Of a stretch of DNA of 64,000 bases, positions 40,801 through 54,081 are shown in pieces. This DNA comes from an uncultured Gemmatimonadales bacterium (lineage in GTDB: Bacteria; Gemmatimonadota; Gemmatimonadetes; Longimicrobiales; Gaopeijiaceae): contig CAWELD010000003.1 in assembly GCA_963809895.1 (NCBI GenBank), positions 1,568,001 through 1,632,000 on the forward strand, given 5' to 3'. The notes under the pieces were generated by a model. That model saw nothing but the letters and a program-made list of their open reading frames with translations. It was not told the DNA's origin and searched no databases. Every line of letters begins with the position of its first letter. Position 1 is the first letter of the stretch. Made by a program: the position numbers and the translations under genes.

Positions 40801-42148
40801 GGACGCCCTGGGCCGCCTCCATCGGGCGGGGGTATTCCGGGATCGCCTCTCCTGGGACCGGGTGGGCGAGCTCGCGCTGGACCTGCGGGTGCAGGGCGAC
40901 AGCACCTTCATGGCGTTGGCCACGCTGCCCCGGAGCGATGGGCCGGCATCGACCGACACGCCGCGTCTGTTGGCCTCCGGGTGGCGTTGGGACGGCTCTC
41001 GCATGGTCCAGTGGGATGCGCCGATTCCGCCGGCGGAGAGCGACTCGGTGCTGGCCCGCCTGAACACCTTCCCGGGCGTCGACGTCTACTACCTCACCCG
41101 CTCGTTCCTGGGGCAGCCCGTGTTCGCCGCGGACTTCCTGCCGGCCGACGAGGGGCGCTTCGTGAGCCAGGCCAAGCTGAACGCCCTCAAGCCCACGCTG
41201 CTGCTCAGCGGCCGCCAGCACGCCAACGAGGTGTCCAGCACCAGCCACATCCTGCGTCTGGGAGAGCTGCTGGCCACCGACTCCACGTACCGGGCCCTGC
41301 TCAAGTGCGTGAACGTGGTGCTGCACCCCGTCACCAATCCCGACGGGGCCCGCCTGGCGGTGCAGATGCAGGAGACCAACCCCGACTTCATGCTGCATGC
41401 CGGCTATCTGGGCGCGCTGGGCGTGGACGCAACCTCCGGAGAACGGGACGACGATCCCATGTATCCCGAGTCCCAGGCCCGGCGCCGGCTGCGCGAGACG
41501 TGGCTGCCGGACGTCTACATGAACATGCACGGCTACCCGTCGCACGAGTGGGTGCAGTACTTCGCGGGCTACAGCGCCTGGGTGCGCAGCCGACGCGGCG
41601 GTCAGCGCGACTGGTGGACGCCCCGGGGATGGTTCGTTCCGGGGCTGTCGTGGGTCGACGACGACGAGAATCCCGACTACAAGACCGCCCAGTTCGCCAT
41701 TCTGGACTCGGTGGCGGCGTCCATCACCGGCGACCCGCAGGTGGACGCCATGAACCGCCGGCTGTACGCCCGCTACCGGAAGTACGGAGCGCAGGACCGG
41801 CAGGAATTCACCGAGTACTTCCACGACGGCATCCTGGTGAACCTCAGGCTCCGTGGGCAGGACGGAATCGGCACGGGTGTGTACAGCCCGCGCATCACGT
41901 ACTTCTCGACCACGACGGAGGCGCCCGACGAGACGGCCCGTGGCGACTGGCTGAAGCTGGTGGCGTCGGCGGGGCTGGATCACGCCAGCGCACTGCTCCG
42001 CTATCTGGCCGCCGGCGACTTCGACGTCATGCGTGAGGCCCAGGCCTTCGACCACGCCGTGACCCGGTCCATCTTCCGGACCAAGCCGGTGCTGCCTCCG
42101 GGCGAGAGCGACGCCGAGAACGACGAAGGCGGCGGTCCCCGACCCTGA
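37880..42148 (+). CDS. Large secreted M14 zinc-carboxypeptidase-family protein (~1420 aa)
   Basis: Signal peptide; C-terminal GRQHANE, NPDG, NMHG motifs. Confidence 0.85.
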   Translation: MSSPRTARAFGPAFALALLSWTTPSLAAVSRRPVSPADTLADLRNLLDTAVVLEDRDDDGIVDRLDVRLVLGATPTEADVTAAMNMAARLGFETASSDLGLLAADVQDPWDRPVLTVGRGALERMGLGALADDATRDLDPGEGALVHLPSSASLPWGGAGLVGYDATGLMAVSAYTAGRYPAVWNVDGDTWSRAADRVSEFLTARDVAATTSLDRIVVAMDAPGVVGARLTVRLSDTASYQRALQALEGGDSTSAADTTSADHTPPKLQSLEVRDVRRLDLRLVAPGAEHTVVLRPRKPWNTRADGELRPGPDRTFGLADLYSIEGLFRDTNRDLVPDQTAADLSVRGADAPSALVDLATRIGLETAGIRLPLARVGGGDGVPGAGGFPVMVGTHHEQIRRLRDQGRLAGAPPVAGEGFVQLVDGAFDGRSGMVVGGADGRGLGAALDWLATRAPYLWTYGKGETRLADLDTEVRRFVQAREAPGQVALALAKLDRWAGRLVGDAPARVEVEIAAKEMPAGVRDVAEAMLREHLPESDIQVSTWPTGFGVGDTIFTQDWDLPWEVDEVRRVLDSDVYPGVTAGEPARVQIRVSEPLDVREALADEIRDELARRGVDDPEVTVLNAYKQGYSWLHEVVLPQLRGRDVAGIDITYHTLEESDEVRWQTIAADTRWLQELYPIDAVLARELAIPDSAVTFHPTRAAEPVYTVVAHDAEGLEVLRESFDPHYVVRPFFDLFPEYEQVRVTTGWITAASGADTLVDQRVVTDPERFWDRLQTDTYRRITDYVLDTQDGRPSPSNAPYFDEFRVNLRMSEPNHRIGVDEEVISSLEALHEDIYFETLTLFDLIGSRYQTSLPYPGRVLPYIDPTGSGQPPRAHVTFTGKARGAPEVLMRTWQSADDPEPLLQRYALDPLPYPAPRTVGVTVAAGEDGLRQLLMRVEARDSVDRTAEFEGRASEGSIDRQFPSVELTRSMLDALGRLHRAGVFRDRLSWDRVGELALDLRVQGDSTFMALATLPRSDGPASTDTPRLLASGWRWDGSRMVQWDAPIPPAESDSVLARLNTFPGVDVYYLTRSFLGQPVFAADFLPADEGRFVSQAKLNALKPTLLLSGRQHANEVSSTSHILRLGELLATDSTYRALLKCVNVVLHPVTNPDGARLAVQMQETNPDFMLHAGYLGALGVDATSGERDDDPMYPESQARRRLRETWLPDVYMNMHGYPSHEWVQYFAGYSAWVRSRRGGQRDWWTPRGWFVPGLSWVDDDENPDYKTAQFAILDSVAASITGDPQVDAMNRRLYARYRKYGAQDRQEFTEYFHDGILVNLRLRGQDGIGTGVYSPRITYFSTTTEAPDETARGDWLKLVASAGLDHASALLRYLAAGDFDVMREAQAFDHAVTRSIFRTKPVLPPGESDAENDEGGGPRP

Positions 42149-42161
42149 GGACCGCCGCCTT
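42126..42161. terminator. Probable bidirectional terminator between convergent genes
   Basis: 13-bp perfect stem AAGGCGGCGGTCC/GGACCGCCGCCTT spanning the M14 stop codon. Confidence 0.65.
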
Positions 42162-42191
42162 GCCCGGTTGCCGAGGGGTCGACCCGCGACC

Positions 42192-44506
<2,315 letters not shown>

Positions 44507-44510
<4 letters not shown>

Positions 44511-45508
44511 GGCCCGTCCCCGACGCCGAAGTGGTCCCAGCCGCCGGCGACGTCGACCGGCTGGCCGGCGCCGTCGACGAAGCGCACGCCCTCACCGGCC
44601 ACGACGCGACCCACACGCGTCATGGTCACGCCGGTCCGGCGGGCCAGATCGTCGGGTGACGCCCCCGGGGTCAACGCCGCCAGAAGCTCGTAGTCCTCGC
44701 CACCGCCGAGCGCCAGCCGCAAGGCCTGGACCGGCCCCAGGGCCTGCGCGGCCTCCGGTTCGACGGGCACGGCGTCGACGTCCACCTCGATCCCCACCTC
44801 CGAGGCCGCCGCCAGGTGACCGGCGTCGCCCGCCAGCCCGTCGGAGAGGTCCATGAGGGCGTGCAGCCGGCCCGTGGTGGCCAGGGCCGCCGCGGCCCCG
44901 ACCCGGGGCTCGGGGCGGGCGAAGCGCGCCCGCAGGCGCGCCTCCGGACGTTCACCCCGATCCCAGAGCACCACCGCTGCCGCCGCCCCCCCCAGCGCCC
45001 CCGTGACCCAGAGTTCGTCGCCGGGCCGGGCACCGCTTCGTCGGGCCGGCGCATCGGTGCGTCCAAGCGCCACGACATCCAGGATGAGCGGCCCGGGTGA
45101 GCGGGTCACGTCGCCTCCCACGAGGCACGCACCCAGGGTCTCCACCGCCGTGCGAGCCCCGGCGCCGACCCGGGCCAGCGTGCCGTCGTCGTGATGCGCA
45201 CGGCTGCCCGCCAGGGCCAGCAGCACGCCCACGGGCCGCGCGGCCATGGCGGCCAGGTCGCTGACGGCGGCGCGCACCGCCCGGCCGCCGATGTCCTCGT
45301 CGTCGAGCCAGCCCCGCCGGAAGTGGACGTCCTCCACCACCATGTCGCAGGTGACGACCCACCCCCCTTCGAGGAGCGCGGCGTCGTCACCGGGGCCCAG
45401 CAGCACCCCTTCCGTCGGCCGCGCGCCGGCGACCAGCCGCCGGATGAGGTCGAACTCGGCTCCCGGGCCCAACGCCCCGGGCAGGCCGGCCCCGGCGGCG
45501 CTCGTCAC
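44507..45508 (-). CDS. thiL: Thiamine-monophosphate kinase
   Basis: EFDLI, GDDAA, SDLAAM, DLSDGL, GGEDYEL. Confidence 0.93.
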
Positions 45509-47076
45509 CGCGCGGGCCCCAGATCCAGGATCACCCAGGGCTCGTCGAGCTCGCTCTCACCGGGCCCCATGGCAGCCAGAGCGCCGGCCAGCTCGTCGGG
45601 AACGTCCGAGGCCGCCAGCCCGGCGCCCAGGCCGGTGCGGGCCGCGGCGGCGCCGGTGACCATGAGCGCGAGCCCCGCCGCGTCCGGCGCCGCCACACCC
45701 TGTGCCAGGAACGAGCCCACCGTACCGGTCAGCACGTCGCCCATGCCCGCGGCGGCCAGCTCGGAACCCCCGACACCGCTCACCCCCAGAGCGCCACCGG
45801 GCTCCGCTACCAGCGTCGGCGAGCCCTTGAGGAGGACGACGCACCCGGCCTCGTCGGCGAGGGCCCGAGCCACCGCCGGTCGGCGGCCCTGGAGATCCGA
45901 GACGGCCAGGTCCATGAGTCGGCTCATTTCGCCGGGATGGGGCGTGACCACCAGCGAGCGTCCCACGGCCGCCCTGGCGAGGCGTGTGGGCCGCCCCTGG
46001 GCCAGGAGGTTGAGGGCGTCGGCGTCCAGCACCAGGTCGTGCCCCCCTTCCAGAACCCGGCGGAGCGTCTGCTCGGCCTCATCGCCGGTGCCGAGGCCGG
46101 GACCCGCCGCCACGGCGCGCGACGCGTCCAGCGCCGCCGTCAACGCCGCATCGTCGCTCACGTCGACGAAGGGAGCGTCTGGAACCGCCTCCTGCAGGAT
46201 CTCGCGGTTGGCGGGGGCCGATGCGATGCGCACGAAACCGGCTCCGGCACGGAGGCCGGCACGGGCGGCCAGCACGGCGGCGCCGGCCATGCCCTCCCGC
46301 CCCGCCACCACCAACAGGGCTCCCACGGCGTTCTTGTGGGTGTCCGACGCCCGCACCGGAAGCAACGGCCGGGCCCACCCCGGGGTCAGGAGCCGCGCCG
46401 GCCAGCGCTCGGGGCCCGGCGGCGGAAAGCCGATCTCCACGGCCACGAGCCGCCCGGTGTGCGCCCGTGCCGGGTGCAGCAGCGATCCCAGCTTGGGCCA
46501 CCCGAACGCCACCGTCAGATCGGCGCGGATCGCCTCACCGTCGACGGCGCCGGTGTCGGCGTCGATACCCGAGGGCACGTCCAGCGCCACCACCGGGCGA
46601 GCGGCCCGGCCCACCGCGACGATGGCGCGGGCCTGTCGCGCCCGGGGCGCGCCCCGGATCCCGGTGCCCAACACGCCGTCCACCACGACCGCCGCGTGCC
46701 GGAGCACGTCGGTCAGAGCGTCGTCGTCGAGCTCGGTATCCCCACAGACCTCGAGCGTCCAGCCGTGCAGAAGCGGATCGTCGACGGGACGGTCGGCGCA
46801 CAGGACGGCCCTCACCGGGCGTCCCCAGGCAGCCAGTGTGCGCAGCGCCACCAGGGCGTCGCCCCCGTTGTTGCCGGCACCCACCAGCCCCACGACCTCA
46901 CCGGTGGGGTAGAGGCGCTGCACCAGCGCCGCGGCCTGTCGCCCGGCGGTCTCCATGAGGGCGGCCTCGGGCACGCCCCGCTGTCGGATGGACAGGTCAT
47001 CGAACGCCGCCGACTCTCGCCCCGTGGGCAGCGGGACCGCGCCCCGGGCGAACGGAAGAGCGCCGGCGGAGCTCAC
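45505..47076 (-). CDS. nnr: Bifunctional NAD(P)HX epimerase/dehydratase
   Basis: LMETAG, GNNGGD, DVPSG, GPGLG, DADAL, TPHPGE, GMGDVL. Confidence 0.93.
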   Translation of the reverse strand: MSSAGALPFARGAVPLPTGRESAAFDDLSIRQRGVPEAALMETAGRQAAALVQRLYPTGEVVGLVGAGNNGGDALVALRTLAAWGRPVRAVLCADRPVDDPLLHGWTLEVCGDTELDDDALTDVLRHAAVVVDGVLGTGIRGAPRARQARAIVAVGRAARPVVALDVPSGIDADTGAVDGEAIRADLTVAFGWPKLGSLLHPARAHTGRLVAVEIGFPPPGPERWPARLLTPGWARPLLPVRASDTHKNAVGALLVVAGREGMAGAAVLAARAGLRAGAGFVRIASAPANREILQEAVPDAPFVDVSDDAALTAALDASRAVAAGPGLGTGDEAEQTLRRVLEGGHDLVLDADALNLLAQGRPTRLARAAVGRSLVVTPHPGEMSRLMDLAVSDLQGRRPAVARALADEAGCVVLLKGSPTLVAEPGGALGVSGVGGSELAAAGMGDVLTGTVGSFLAQGVAAPDAAGLALMVTGAAAARTGLGAGLAASDVPDELAGALAAMGPGESELDEPWVILDLGPAR

Positions 47077-47230
47077 AGCGTCTCCCACCGCTGGACGCAC
47101 GCCGCCCGCCGGCGGTCCGGACTGGACCGCCGCGCGGCGTGCGTCGTGTTGGAATGGGGCGACCGGCGGAGTGTGGAGGGACGCCGGCGCGAGGGGGACC
47201 CGAGTGTGGAGAAACGGTCCCCGCGGGAGG

Positions 47231-47428
47231 TTACTTGTAGCTCTGGCCGATGGAGCGGCCGAAGGTGATCTCCCCGTTGTCGATCCGGATGTTGAAGCCG
47301 CACTCCGGATTCGAGCAGACCCAGGCCTTGTACTGGATCGGGGCCCCGTCGCGCCCATAGTCTGAGAGCGGAATGAGCAGGCCGCCCTCGCACTTGAGGC
47401 AACGCGGATACCCTTGATCTTCCACCAT
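47231..47428 (-). CDS. Small zinc-ribbon-like protein
   Basis: CLKC...CSNPEC, GGAGGGG RBS, host-like codon usage. Confidence 0.75.
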   Translation of the reverse strand: MVEDQGYPRCLKCEGGLLIPLSDYGRDGAPIQYKAWVCSNPECGFNIRIDNGEITFGRSIGQSYK

Positions 47429-47497
47429 GTCGAACCCCTCCCATCGGCGATGAATGCGGTGGTGCGGATCTGCGAGCCGGCCAGGCCCGCGAAATCC

Positions 47498-47881
47498 CTA
47501 GGTGCGTGAGACTCCCCACGGGTATCCCCGCTCGAAAGTCTCCTCGAAATCGAAGACGTTCCTGAAATCCTCGCGCCGATCCTCGTCCTGCTTCACCAGG
47601 ACCCCGCACTCCACCAGCGCAAACACCACCTCCCCCATGTCCTCCGTGGAGTGAATCCCCCAGTGCTCCAGGACAGTCCGGGCGAGAGGACCGAAGCGCG
47701 TCAGCGCCAGGTCGCGAACGCCCCTGACCAGTTCGCCCCCCGCGATGTGGCGGGGGCGGTCCAGCCCGTCCATGACCGATTGCAGCGCCGACAGCACGAA
47801 CAGGTACGCCTTCGGATGGAACCGGGGGTTCCGCTCCTGGAGGCGTCCCAGAATCTCGTCGGCGAATTGCACGTCTGTCAT
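47498..47881 (-). CDS. Minf_1886-like protein
   Basis: AYLFV..RHI.G.EL..FGPLARTVLEHWGI.STEDMGEVVF.LV pattern. Confidence 0.75.
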   Translation of the reverse strand: MTDVQFADEILGRLQERNPRFHPKAYLFVLSALQSVMDGLDRPRHIAGGELVRGVRDLALTRFGPLARTVLEHWGIHSTEDMGEVVFALVECGVLVKQDEDRREDFRNVFDFEETFERGYPWGVSRT

Positions 47882-47971
47882 GGGGCCCAAAGTTACGCGG
47901 TTGGTGGCAAGATGCTAGACCCGCGGCCACACAACCGTGACCGGAGCGGGTGCAGCGCCTGGCCGACCCCG

Positions 47972-49237
47972 TCATCCCACCGGCGCGGGCTCGGCATGCA
48001 GCGGGAAGCTCGACGCGAGCTCCTCCACCTCGGCGCGGGTGCGGCGGACCAGCGCCTCGTCCTCCGGTGCGGACAGGACCCGGGCCACCCATTCTCCGAT
48101 GCGGTGCATCTCCGCCTCGCCCATCCCCCGAGTGGTCAGGGCCGGTGTGCCGATCCGTAGTCCGGAGGTGACGAACGGCGAGCGCGTCTCGCCGGGAACC
48201 GTGTTCTTGTTCATGGTGATACCGGCACGCTCCAACGCAGCCTCGGCGTCCTTGCCGGTGAGCTCGGCATGGCTGGGCCGCAGATCCACCAGCAGGAGGT
48301 GGTTGTCGGTGCCACCGCCCACGAGGTGGAAGTCCCGGGCCAGGAGCGCGTCGCCCAGGGCCCGTGCGTTGGCGACGATACGTGACGCGTAGTCGCGGAA
48401 CGAGGGCTGGAGGGCTTCCTGGAACGCCACGGCCTTGGCGGCGATGACGTGCATCAAGGGGCCGCCCTGCACCCCGGGAAACACCGCCTTGTCCAGCGTC
48501 TTGGCATGCTCGCCCGTGGTCAGGATCAGCCCGCCTCGCGGACCCCGCAGCGTCTTGTGGGTCGTGCTGGTCACCACGTCGGCGTGGGGAATCGGCGACG
48601 GATGCACGCCGGCGGCCACCAGCCCGGCGATGTGGGCCATGTCCACCAGCAACACCGCACCGACCTCACGGGCGATGGCGCCGAAGGTCTCGAAGTCCAG
48701 CGTACGCGCGTAGGCGCTCGCACCGGCGATGATCATCTTCGGCCGGAACTCGAGAGCCTGATCGCGCACCGCGTCGTAGTCGATACGCCCGTCGGACTCG
48801 CGGACACCGTAGCTGGCCACCTCGAAGTAGCGCCCGCTGAAGTTCACGCGGGATCCGTGGGTGAGGTGCCCTCCGTGGCTGAGGTCCATGCCCAGGATGC
48901 GATCCCCCGGCTCCAGAAACGCCAGGAAGGCCGCCATGTTCGCCTGAGCGCCCGCGTGGGGCTGGACGTTGGCGTGCTCCGCGTCGAACAGCTCCATGGC
49001 GCGGGAACGGGCCAGGTTCTCCACCACGTCCACGTGCTCACAACCCCCGTAGTAGCGCTTTCCGGGAAGCCCTTCGGCGTACTTGTTGGTGAGCACGGTG
49101 CCCATGGCCTCGAGCACGGCCTCGGATACGAAGTTCTCGGAAGCGATGAGCTCGAGACCGCTGCGCTGGCGGCGGGCCTCGGCGAGAACGGCCTCGTGGA
49201 CCTCGGGATCGGTGACCTTGAGATGATCGTAGTTCAT
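47972..49237 (-). CDS. glyA: Serine hydroxymethyltransferase
   Basis: [31 protein letters not shown]. Confidence 0.97.
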   Translation of the reverse strand: MNYDHLKVTDPEVHEAVLAEARRQRSGLELIASENFVSEAVLEAMGTVLTNKYAEGLPGKRYYGGCEHVDVVENLARSRAMELFDAEHANVQPHAGAQANMAAFLAFLEPGDRILGMDLSHGGHLTHGSRVNFSGRYFEVASYGVRESDGRIDYDAVRDQALEFRPKMIIAGASAYARTLDFETFGAIAREVGAVLLVDMAHIAGLVAAGVHPSPIPHADVVTSTTHKTLRGPRGGLILTTGEHAKTLDKAVFPGVQGGPLMHVIAAKAVAFQEALQPSFRDYASRIVANARALGDALLARDFHLVGGGTDNHLLLVDLRPSHAELTGKDAEAALERAGITMNKNTVPGETRSPFVTSGLRIGTPALTTRGMGEAEMHRIGEWVARVLSAPEDEALVRRTRAEVEELASSFPLHAEPAPVG

Positions 49238-49307
49238 GGAAGACCGCGTGGGTTGTGGATGCCGCGAGGGCCCGGCGCACCCTGGGACGCGCCGGGCCCT
49301 CCGCGTG

Positions 49308-50363
<1,056 letters not shown>

Positions 50364-50402
50364 CCGTACCTACTCCTCTCGGTTCCAGGACCGGCGTTCG
50401 GG

Positions 50403-51602
50403 TCAGATCTCCAGGCCGGCAGCCCGGAGCATCTCCCGCGCAATGACGACACGCATGATCTCACTCGTCCCTTCGTAGATCTCGGTGCCCTTGGCGTCCC
50501 GCATGAGCTTCTCCACGGGATAATCTCTCATGTAGCCATAGCCTCCGAAAATCTGCACCGCCTCGTCGGCGGCGAACAACGCGGCTTCACTGGCCGCGAG
50601 CTTGGCGGCAGCGGCCCGCGCCGACAATGCATCGGCGCCCGTGCCCCCGTCCACCCCACCCTCCCTCACGACCTGCATGCGCCGCCCCACCTCGAAGGTG
50701 AGCGCCCGGGCGGCGCCGAGCCGGATCGCCGCGTCGGCGAGCTTCGCCTGAATGGCGTCGAAGCGGGCGATGGGCCCTCCGAACTGCTCTCGCTCCACGG
50801 CGTAGGCGAGCGCGTGGGCCAGTGCAGCCTCGCCGATGCCCAGCGCTTGCGCGGCGATGCCCACGCGTCCCAGCACCAGCGACTCCATGGCGTAGGCCAG
50901 CCCGCGGCCGGCCTCGCCCACCAGGGCCTCGCCCGGGAGGCGCAGCCCCTCGAGCTCCACCTGCACCGTCTGGGAGGCACGCAGCCCCATGGTCGTGGTC
51001 CGCGGCCCCACGCGGTACCCGTCGGCGGAGGGCTCCACGGCGAAGCACCCTACGCCGTCGTCGGTACGGGCGAAGACCAGGACCAGGCCGGCGCGGGCTC
51101 CGTTGGTGACCCACTTCTTGGTGCCGTCCAGCACCCAGCCCCCCGCCTCGCGCCGCGCCCGGGCCTCGACGGACGCGGCATCGCTGCCGGCGTCGGGCTC
51201 GCTCAGGGCGAAGGCCCCCAGCGTCTCGCCGGAGGCCAGGGCCGGCAAGAGCTCGGCCCGTTGCTCCTCGGAGCCGTGGGCGAGCACGATTCCGGTCACC
51301 GGCCCGTTGTGGATGGCCACGCTCAACGCCACCGCGGCGTCGGCCCGCGCCAGCTCGGCGACCACCAGGAGGTAGGTGACGAGATCCAGCTCGAGCCCTC
51401 CGTAGCTCTCGGGCACCAGCATTCCCATGAAACCGAGCTCGGCCAGCTTGGCGAAGATCTCGTCGGGGAGCTCCTGCCCGGCGTCCCACGCCGGCGCGTG
51501 CGGCTGGATCTCTCCCTGGGCGAACTCCCGGGCGAGCGCGCGGATCTCGAGCTGCTCGGCGGTCAGCACGCCGGAGCTCCCCGAAGCGACGGGCATGGGC
51601 AC
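50403..51602 (-). CDS. Acyl-CoA dehydrogenase
   Basis: FALSEPDAGSD, REQFG, QIFGGYGY, IYEGTSEI. Confidence 0.93.
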   Translation of the reverse strand: MPMPVASGSSGVLTAEQLEIRALAREFAQGEIQPHAPAWDAGQELPDEIFAKLAELGFMGMLVPESYGGLELDLVTYLLVVAELARADAAVALSVAIHNGPVTGIVLAHGSEEQRAELLPALASGETLGAFALSEPDAGSDAASVEARARREAGGWVLDGTKKWVTNGARAGLVLVFARTDDGVGCFAVEPSADGYRVGPRTTTMGLRASQTVQVELEGLRLPGEALVGEAGRGLAYAMESLVLGRVGIAAQALGIGEAALAHALAYAVEREQFGGPIARFDAIQAKLADAAIRLGAARALTFEVGRRMQVVREGGVDGGTGADALSARAAAAKLAASEAALFAADEAVQIFGGYGYMRDYPVEKLMRDAKGTEIYEGTSEIMRVVIAREMLRAAGLEI

Positions 51603-51611
51603 GTCACGTCC

Positions 51612-52469
51612 TCAGCCCTGGTAGCCGTAGAAGCCGCGGCCGGACTTGCGGCCGAGCCACCCTGCGGCCACGTACTTGCGCAGGAGCGGGCACGGCCGGT
51701 AGCGGTCGTCGCCCAGCTCCCGGTGGAGGACCTCCAGGATGTTCAGGCAGGTGTCGAGGCCGATGAGGTCGGCGAGGGCCAGGGGACCCATGGGATGGTT
51801 CATGCCCAGCTTCATGACCGTGTCGATGGCGTCGGGCTCCGCCACGCCCTCCATGAGCGCGAACACGGCCTCGTTGATCATGGGCATGAGGACCCGGTTG
51901 GAGACGAAGCCCGGAAAGTCGTTGACCTCCACGGGTGTCTTGCCGAGCGCCCTGGACAGCTCCATGACCGTCTCGGTCGTGTCGTCGCTGGTCGCCAGGC
52001 CGCGGATCACCTCGACGAGCTGCATGACCGGCACCGGGTTCATGAAGTGCATGCCGATGACCCGGTCCGGCCGCGACGTGGTCGCCGCGATCCCGGTGAT
52101 GGAGATGGACGAGGTGTTGGAGGCCAGGATGGCGCCGTCGGGCGCCGCACCGTCCAGCTTCTCGAAGAGCGCGCGCTTGATCTCCATGCGCTCCGGCACC
52201 GCCTCCACCACCAGGTCGGCGTCCGCCGCCGCCGCCTCGATGCTGGTGCCGGTCTCGATCCGGGCCAGCACCTCCTCCTTGGCCTGGTCGTCCAGGACGC
52301 CCTTCTTCACCTGCCGGTCCAGGTTCTTGCCGACGGTCGCGAGGGCCCTGTCCAGCGCCGTCTGATCCACATCCACCAGGCGCACCTTCAGCCCGGACTG
52401 GGCGCACACATGGGCGATTCCGTTGCCCATGGTGCCACCGCCGATCACCGTCACGCGCTCCACGTTCAT
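51612..52469 (-). CDS. hbd: 3-hydroxybutyryl-CoA dehydrogenase
   Basis: GGGTMGNGIA, SNTSS, MHFMNP, HPMGP, GRKSGRGFY. Confidence 0.92.
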   Translation of the reverse strand: MNVERVTVIGGGTMGNGIAHVCAQSGLKVRLVDVDQTALDRALATVGKNLDRQVKKGVLDDQAKEEVLARIETGTSIEAAAADADLVVEAVPERMEIKRALFEKLDGAAPDGAILASNTSSISITGIAATTSRPDRVIGMHFMNPVPVMQLVEVIRGLATSDDTTETVMELSRALGKTPVEVNDFPGFVSNRVLMPMINEAVFALMEGVAEPDAIDTVMKLGMNHPMGPLALADLIGLDTCLNILEVLHRELGDDRYRPCPLLRKYVAAGWLGRKSGRGFYGYQG

Positions 52470-52508
52470 CGATCGTACCTCGTCGTTCGTCGCTCTCTTG
52501 CGTTCCTG

Positions 52509-53423
52509 TCACCCTTCCACCCGACGGAGGGCCCCCGGGGCCCTCAGGCTCCGCGCCGCTCTCGTCATGGCGTACAGCGGCGCCGGCCGGCCCGGCCGCG
52601 GCGCGATCCACCTCGCGCGCCAGACGGCCCAGGCCACCACCACCAGCGCCAGCGCGGCCAGCGCGCTGGCCTCGGGCCCGAAGGCCCCGCCGCTCAACCA
52701 GGCCGGACCGCTGATGCGGGCGTCGAGACCCGGCGTGTCCGCCAGGTCCAGACCGCTCACCACCAGGTCCGCCGGCCAGGCCAGCGTCCAGTTCCAGCCG
52801 AGGTGAGCCCCCACGGCCCACCACAGGGCCCGGCTGCGAAGCACCAGGGCTCCCAGGAGCAGCCCCGCAGCCGTGATCCCCACCAGCCCGGCCCATCCCA
52901 CCCCGGGATTGCCGAGGTGCAACAAGGCGAACACCACGGAGGTGCCCACCAACGCGGCGGCTGGGCTCCAGGCCCGCGCCACCACCTGGAAGAGGTAGCC
53001 GCGCAGGGCCACCTCTTCCGCCGCCGCCGGGAGGGCCAGACGCGCCATCCAGGCGGCGCCGCCCCCCAACCACGCACCCGCCGAGCCGGGCTCGCGCACC
53101 CAGCGGACCCCGCCCGCCAACGCGATCAGCCCCAGGGCGAGCCCCGCCACGCCCACTCCCAACGCGAGCCCGCTCAGGAGCTCGCGCGCCGTTCCCCGGT
53201 CCACGGGCAGCCCCAGCGCTCCAGGGGGTGCCCCGTCCTTGCGAAGGAGCAGCCATCCCACCGCCGTCGCCGCCACGAAGATGGCGGCACCCTGCCCCAC
53301 CAACCCATCGGGCAGCGCCCACTCCAGCGCCACGCTCGCCGTCAACAGCAGCCCGACGAACAGGAGGATTCGCGCCAGGGCCCAGCGCCAGCCGGGCTCC
53401 TCGGACGACGGTCCCCCGTTCAC
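52509..53423 (-). CDS. CPBP (CAAX/Abi) intramembrane glutamic protease
   Basis: EEVALRGY, FALLH, HLGWN, GGAFGPE. Confidence 0.88.
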   Translation of the reverse strand: MNGGPSSEEPGWRWALARILLFVGLLLTASVALEWALPDGLVGQGAAIFVAATAVGWLLLRKDGAPPGALGLPVDRGTARELLSGLALGVGVAGLALGLIALAGGVRWVREPGSAGAWLGGGAAWMARLALPAAAEEVALRGYLFQVVARAWSPAAALVGTSVVFALLHLGNPGVGWAGLVGITAAGLLLGALVLRSRALWWAVGAHLGWNWTLAWPADLVVSGLDLADTPGLDARISGPAWLSGGAFGPEASALAALALVVVAWAVWRARWIAPRPGRPAPLYAMTRAARSLRAPGALRRVEG

Positions 53424-53435
53424 ACCGAACTCACG

Positions 53436-53470
53436 AAAAAAAGCCCCGGACTAACCAACCTGTCCGGGGC
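53436..53470 (-). terminator. Intrinsic terminator overlapping the bioY stop
   Basis: GCCCCGGAC-N10-GTCCGGGGC followed by TTTTTTT on the minus strand. Confidence 0.8.
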
Positions 53471-54041
53471 GGATCCGACGGAGGGCGCGGGTAAGGCCGA
53501 GCGCCACGAGAACCTTGGCGAGGTCCCCGAGAAGGAAGGGGAGCGCCGCCTGGGCCAGCACGGTGCGCAGGTCCTCCCGCGTGAGGATCCACAGCTGGGC
53601 GATGCCGCCCATGTAGATGATCGCCACCCCCGCCACCAGCGCCGCGAACAGCCGCGGGGCATTCCGCGACGAGCCGGCCAGCACGCCCACGACGAACGCC
53701 GCCGCGGGGTAGGCCAGCAGGTAGCCGCCGGTGGGCCCCATGAGCCAGGGAAGGCCGGCATGCCCGGCGGAGAATACCGGAGCTCCCCCCGCCCCCAGCG
53801 CGAGATAGCCCGCCATGGCCGTGGCGCCGCCCCAGGGCCCCAGCAGCGTGCCGGACAAAAGGACGAAGAGCACCTGCAGCGTCACCGGTACCGGCGTGAG
53901 CTGTGGCAGCGGTACCGCCACGTAGGCCCCTGCCGCCGTTCCCACGATGAAGGCCACGATCCCCAGCGCCAGGATCACGCGGCGGCCCGGGGCGTGAGCA
54001 CGAAGATCCGTGAGGCGGGCGGTGTCGGGCAGGCTGCTCAT
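53451..54041 (-). CDS. bioY: Biotin transporter BioY
   Basis: PVPVTLQ, GAPVFS, GPTGGYL, PFLLGDLAK. Confidence 0.92.
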   Translation of the reverse strand: MSSLPDTARLTDLRAHAPGRRVILALGIVAFIVGTAAGAYVAVPLPQLTPVPVTLQVLFVLLSGTLLGPWGGATAMAGYLALGAGGAPVFSAGHAGLPWLMGPTGGYLLAYPAAAFVVGVLAGSSRNAPRLFAALVAGVAIIYMGGIAQLWILTREDLRTVLAQAALPFLLGDLAKVLVALGLTRALRRIRPGQVG

Positions 54042-54081
54042 GCGGCTCCTTTCTCGGTGGAGTGCGGGGGGAATAGCGCTG

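Noticed and set aside
37886..42055. 1389-aa minus-strand ORF
   Set aside because: Antisense shadow of the M14 peptidase; a high-GC artefact with no motifs.
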